DNA of 64,000 nt from an uncultured delta proteobacterium (lineage in GTDB: Bacteria > Desulfobacterota > Binatia > Bin18), in NCBI GenBank assembly GCA_963733195.1, contig CAVTCR010000062.1, forward strand, positions 160,001 to 224,000. The letters run 5' to 3'. A program made the position numbers and the translations under genes. The notes below the pieces were generated by a model, which did not search any database, was not told the DNA's origin, and worked only from the letters and a program-made list of their open reading frames with translations. This document shows positions 62,479-64,000 of this stretch, one piece after another (positions within the stretch are counted from its first letter, which is position 1; each line of letters starts with the position of its first letter).

Positions 62479-64000
62479 ATGTCTATCCTTGAGGCGGAAC
62501 CCGGAGCTTTGCAGGAGGTCGAAGAACTGCGTCGACAGGGGACTGAGTCCTGGCGCGAGCGAGGGGAAGAAGCGCTCCACAGTAGGAAGAACTGGCTTCC
62601 GCTGATTTTTCATGGTGTGTCGGACCTCCTCTTTCTTATCGGGGTGGAAGCTGGGCCGCAGTTCCGCTGTCTTGCGGTCAACCGCTCGCACCTCAAGAAG
62701 ACTGGGTGGATGCAGGAGCAGTTGGTAGGAAAACTCATTGCAGAGGCCCTCCCTCTCAAGCAAGCACAGTTTGTAATCGAAAAGTATACCGAGGCGGTGC
62801 GAAGCCGCAGTCCGACCGTCTACGAAGAGAGCACAAACGTACCTGGCGGACGGTTGACGGTGGAGACAACGTTGACTCCTGTTTTTGATGAACAAGGCCA
62901 TTGTCTCTACTTGTTAGGGGCCTCTCGTGATATCGCCGAGCGGAAGCGTGCCGAGGAGGCGTTGCGGCAAGCACATACTGACTCAGAGCAACGCGTGCAG
63001 GAGCGCACGGCAGAGCTGCAACGGGCTAATGAGGCCTTGCGGGCAGAAATCGAGGAACGCAAGCGGGTTGAGGCCGCGTTGCTAGCAGCTGAGGAAGATT
63101 ATCGGACGCTCTTTGAAAACGCTGTGGAAGGCATTTATCGCTCAAGTCTGGACGGAAAACAACTCCGAGCAAATCCTGCCTTGGTGAAACTGAACGGTTA
63201 CAGTTCGGAGGAGGAGCAGATTTCAGGGGTGAATGACATTGCTACGGAATGGTATGTCGATCCCCACCGGCGCGAGGAGTTCACGCGCATTCTTGAAGAA
63301 CAGGGAACGGTCACCGATTTCGAGTCAGAGATTTACCGCCATAAAACGCGAGAGCGGATTTGGATTTCGGAGACGGCAAGACTCGTGTACGCGTCAGATG
63401 GCACGCCTCTCTACTACGAAGGCACGGTGCAAGACATCACCACCCGCAAGCGGGCGGAAGAAGCGTTGCACAAAGCCCACGCCGAGCTTGAGCAGCGCGT
63501 GCGAGAGCAGACGGCTGAACTTTCACACGCGAACACCATGCTACAGGAGGAAATTGAAGAACGTAAACGCATCGAGGAAGCGTTACGAGAAAATGAGGAA
63601 CGTTACCGCGATCTCTTTGAGAATGCTAACGATGCGATTGCTACCTTCACCCTTGACGGCAAGATCACCGCTCTGAACCGGGCGGCGGAGCGGCTAATAG
63701 GCTGGTCGCGAGAGGAGCTAATTGGCCAGGACCTTTACAAGGTTGCTACCCCTGGCTCCGTTGTGCTAGCGGAAGAACGTGCGTTGCGCTTCCTCGCTGG
63801 TGAGAGACTGCCCTCTCCAACGTTTGAGTCCGAACTGCTACACAAAGATGGGAGTGTGGTGGCAGTGGAGTCTCGTACCCGTGCGATCCGCGATGCCGCC
63901 GGGAAGCCGGTCGGATTTCAAGGGATCTACCGTGACATTACTGAGCGAAAGAGCACGGAGCGCGCCCTCCGGGAGAGCGAGGAGCGCTATCGCATCATCA
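62479..64000 (+). CDS. Multi-PAS sensor protein, probably a histidine kinase (runs off the window; not in the ORF track)
   Basis: Open frame from ATG 62479 with repeated PAS/PAC ends (SRDIAERKRAEE, QDITTRKRAEE, RDITERK) and LEQRVQERTAEL coiled coils. Confidence 0.88.
   Translation, partial: MSILEAEPGALQEVEELRRQGTESWRERGEEALHSRKNWLPLIFHGVSDLLFLIGVEAGPQFRCLAVNRSHLKKTGWMQEQLVGKLIAEALPLKQAQFVIEKYTEAVRSRSPTVYEESTNVPGGRLTVETTLTPVFDEQGHCLYLLGASRDIAERKRAEEALRQAHTDSEQRVQERTAELQRANEALRAEIEERKRVEAALLAAEEDYRTLFENAVEGIYRSSLDGKQLRANPALVKLNGYSSEEEQISGVNDIATEWYVDPHRREEFTRILEEQGTVTDFESEIYRHKTRERIWISETARLVYASDGTPLYYEGTVQDITTRKRAEEALHKAHAELEQRVREQTAELSHANTMLQEEIEERKRIEEALRENEERYRDLFENANDAIATFTLDGKITALNRAAERLIGWSREELIGQDLYKVATPGSVVLAEERALRFLAGERLPSPTFESELLHKDGSVVAVESRTRAIRDAAGKPVGFQGIYRDITERKSTERALRESEERYRII

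Noticed and set aside
1-64000. tRNA, rRNA, CRISPR array, prophage or recognisable anti-phage system
   Set aside because: None recognised; the STAND protein has a DNA-binding wHTH rather than a nuclease/effector domain, so it was read as a regulator, not Avs-type defence

Overview
Bacterial genomic DNA of moderately high GC. The gene content and REP types are suggestive of a Binatia/deltaproteobacteria-like genome, but that is inference only. Many single-base frameshifts in otherwise well-conserved genes point to long-read consensus errors, on top of real gene decay. 1-9 kb holds housekeeping-type genes (acuI/yhdH, Glu/Leu dehydrogenase, Nudix, beta-propeller, chaA). 7.7-18.9 kb is a kdpFABC K+ uptake locus with no kdpE. 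Instead it has a split KdpD-N/Usp sensor, a KinB-like kinase, a REC-TPR protein, an AlgB-like sigma-54 activator, and a -24/-12 promoter with paired TGCA-N3-TGCA boxes; that promoter module is duplicated at 26.5 kb. 19-26.4 kb is a mosaic of IS256, orphan tolQR, IS1 ends and a resolvase remnant. 26.8-62.4 kb is a cell-envelope/osmotic-stress island (HpnN-like MMPL, DUF202, OmpA, PrsW, LysM/Kbp, FGE/sulfatase, MscS, DUF4105, paired lipase-like lipoproteins, Rap1a-like, aqpZ). The strongest unexplained signal is in this island: seven copies, plus one inverted variant, of an exactly spaced 70-bp promoter/operator (four CTGAAC-type boxes at 12/12/19-bp spacing, then 12 bp to a -10-like hexamer). 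They head most transcription units and flank a wHTH-STAND ATPase-TPR regulator, suggesting an undescribed local regulon. No rRNA, tRNA or CRISPR array was seen.
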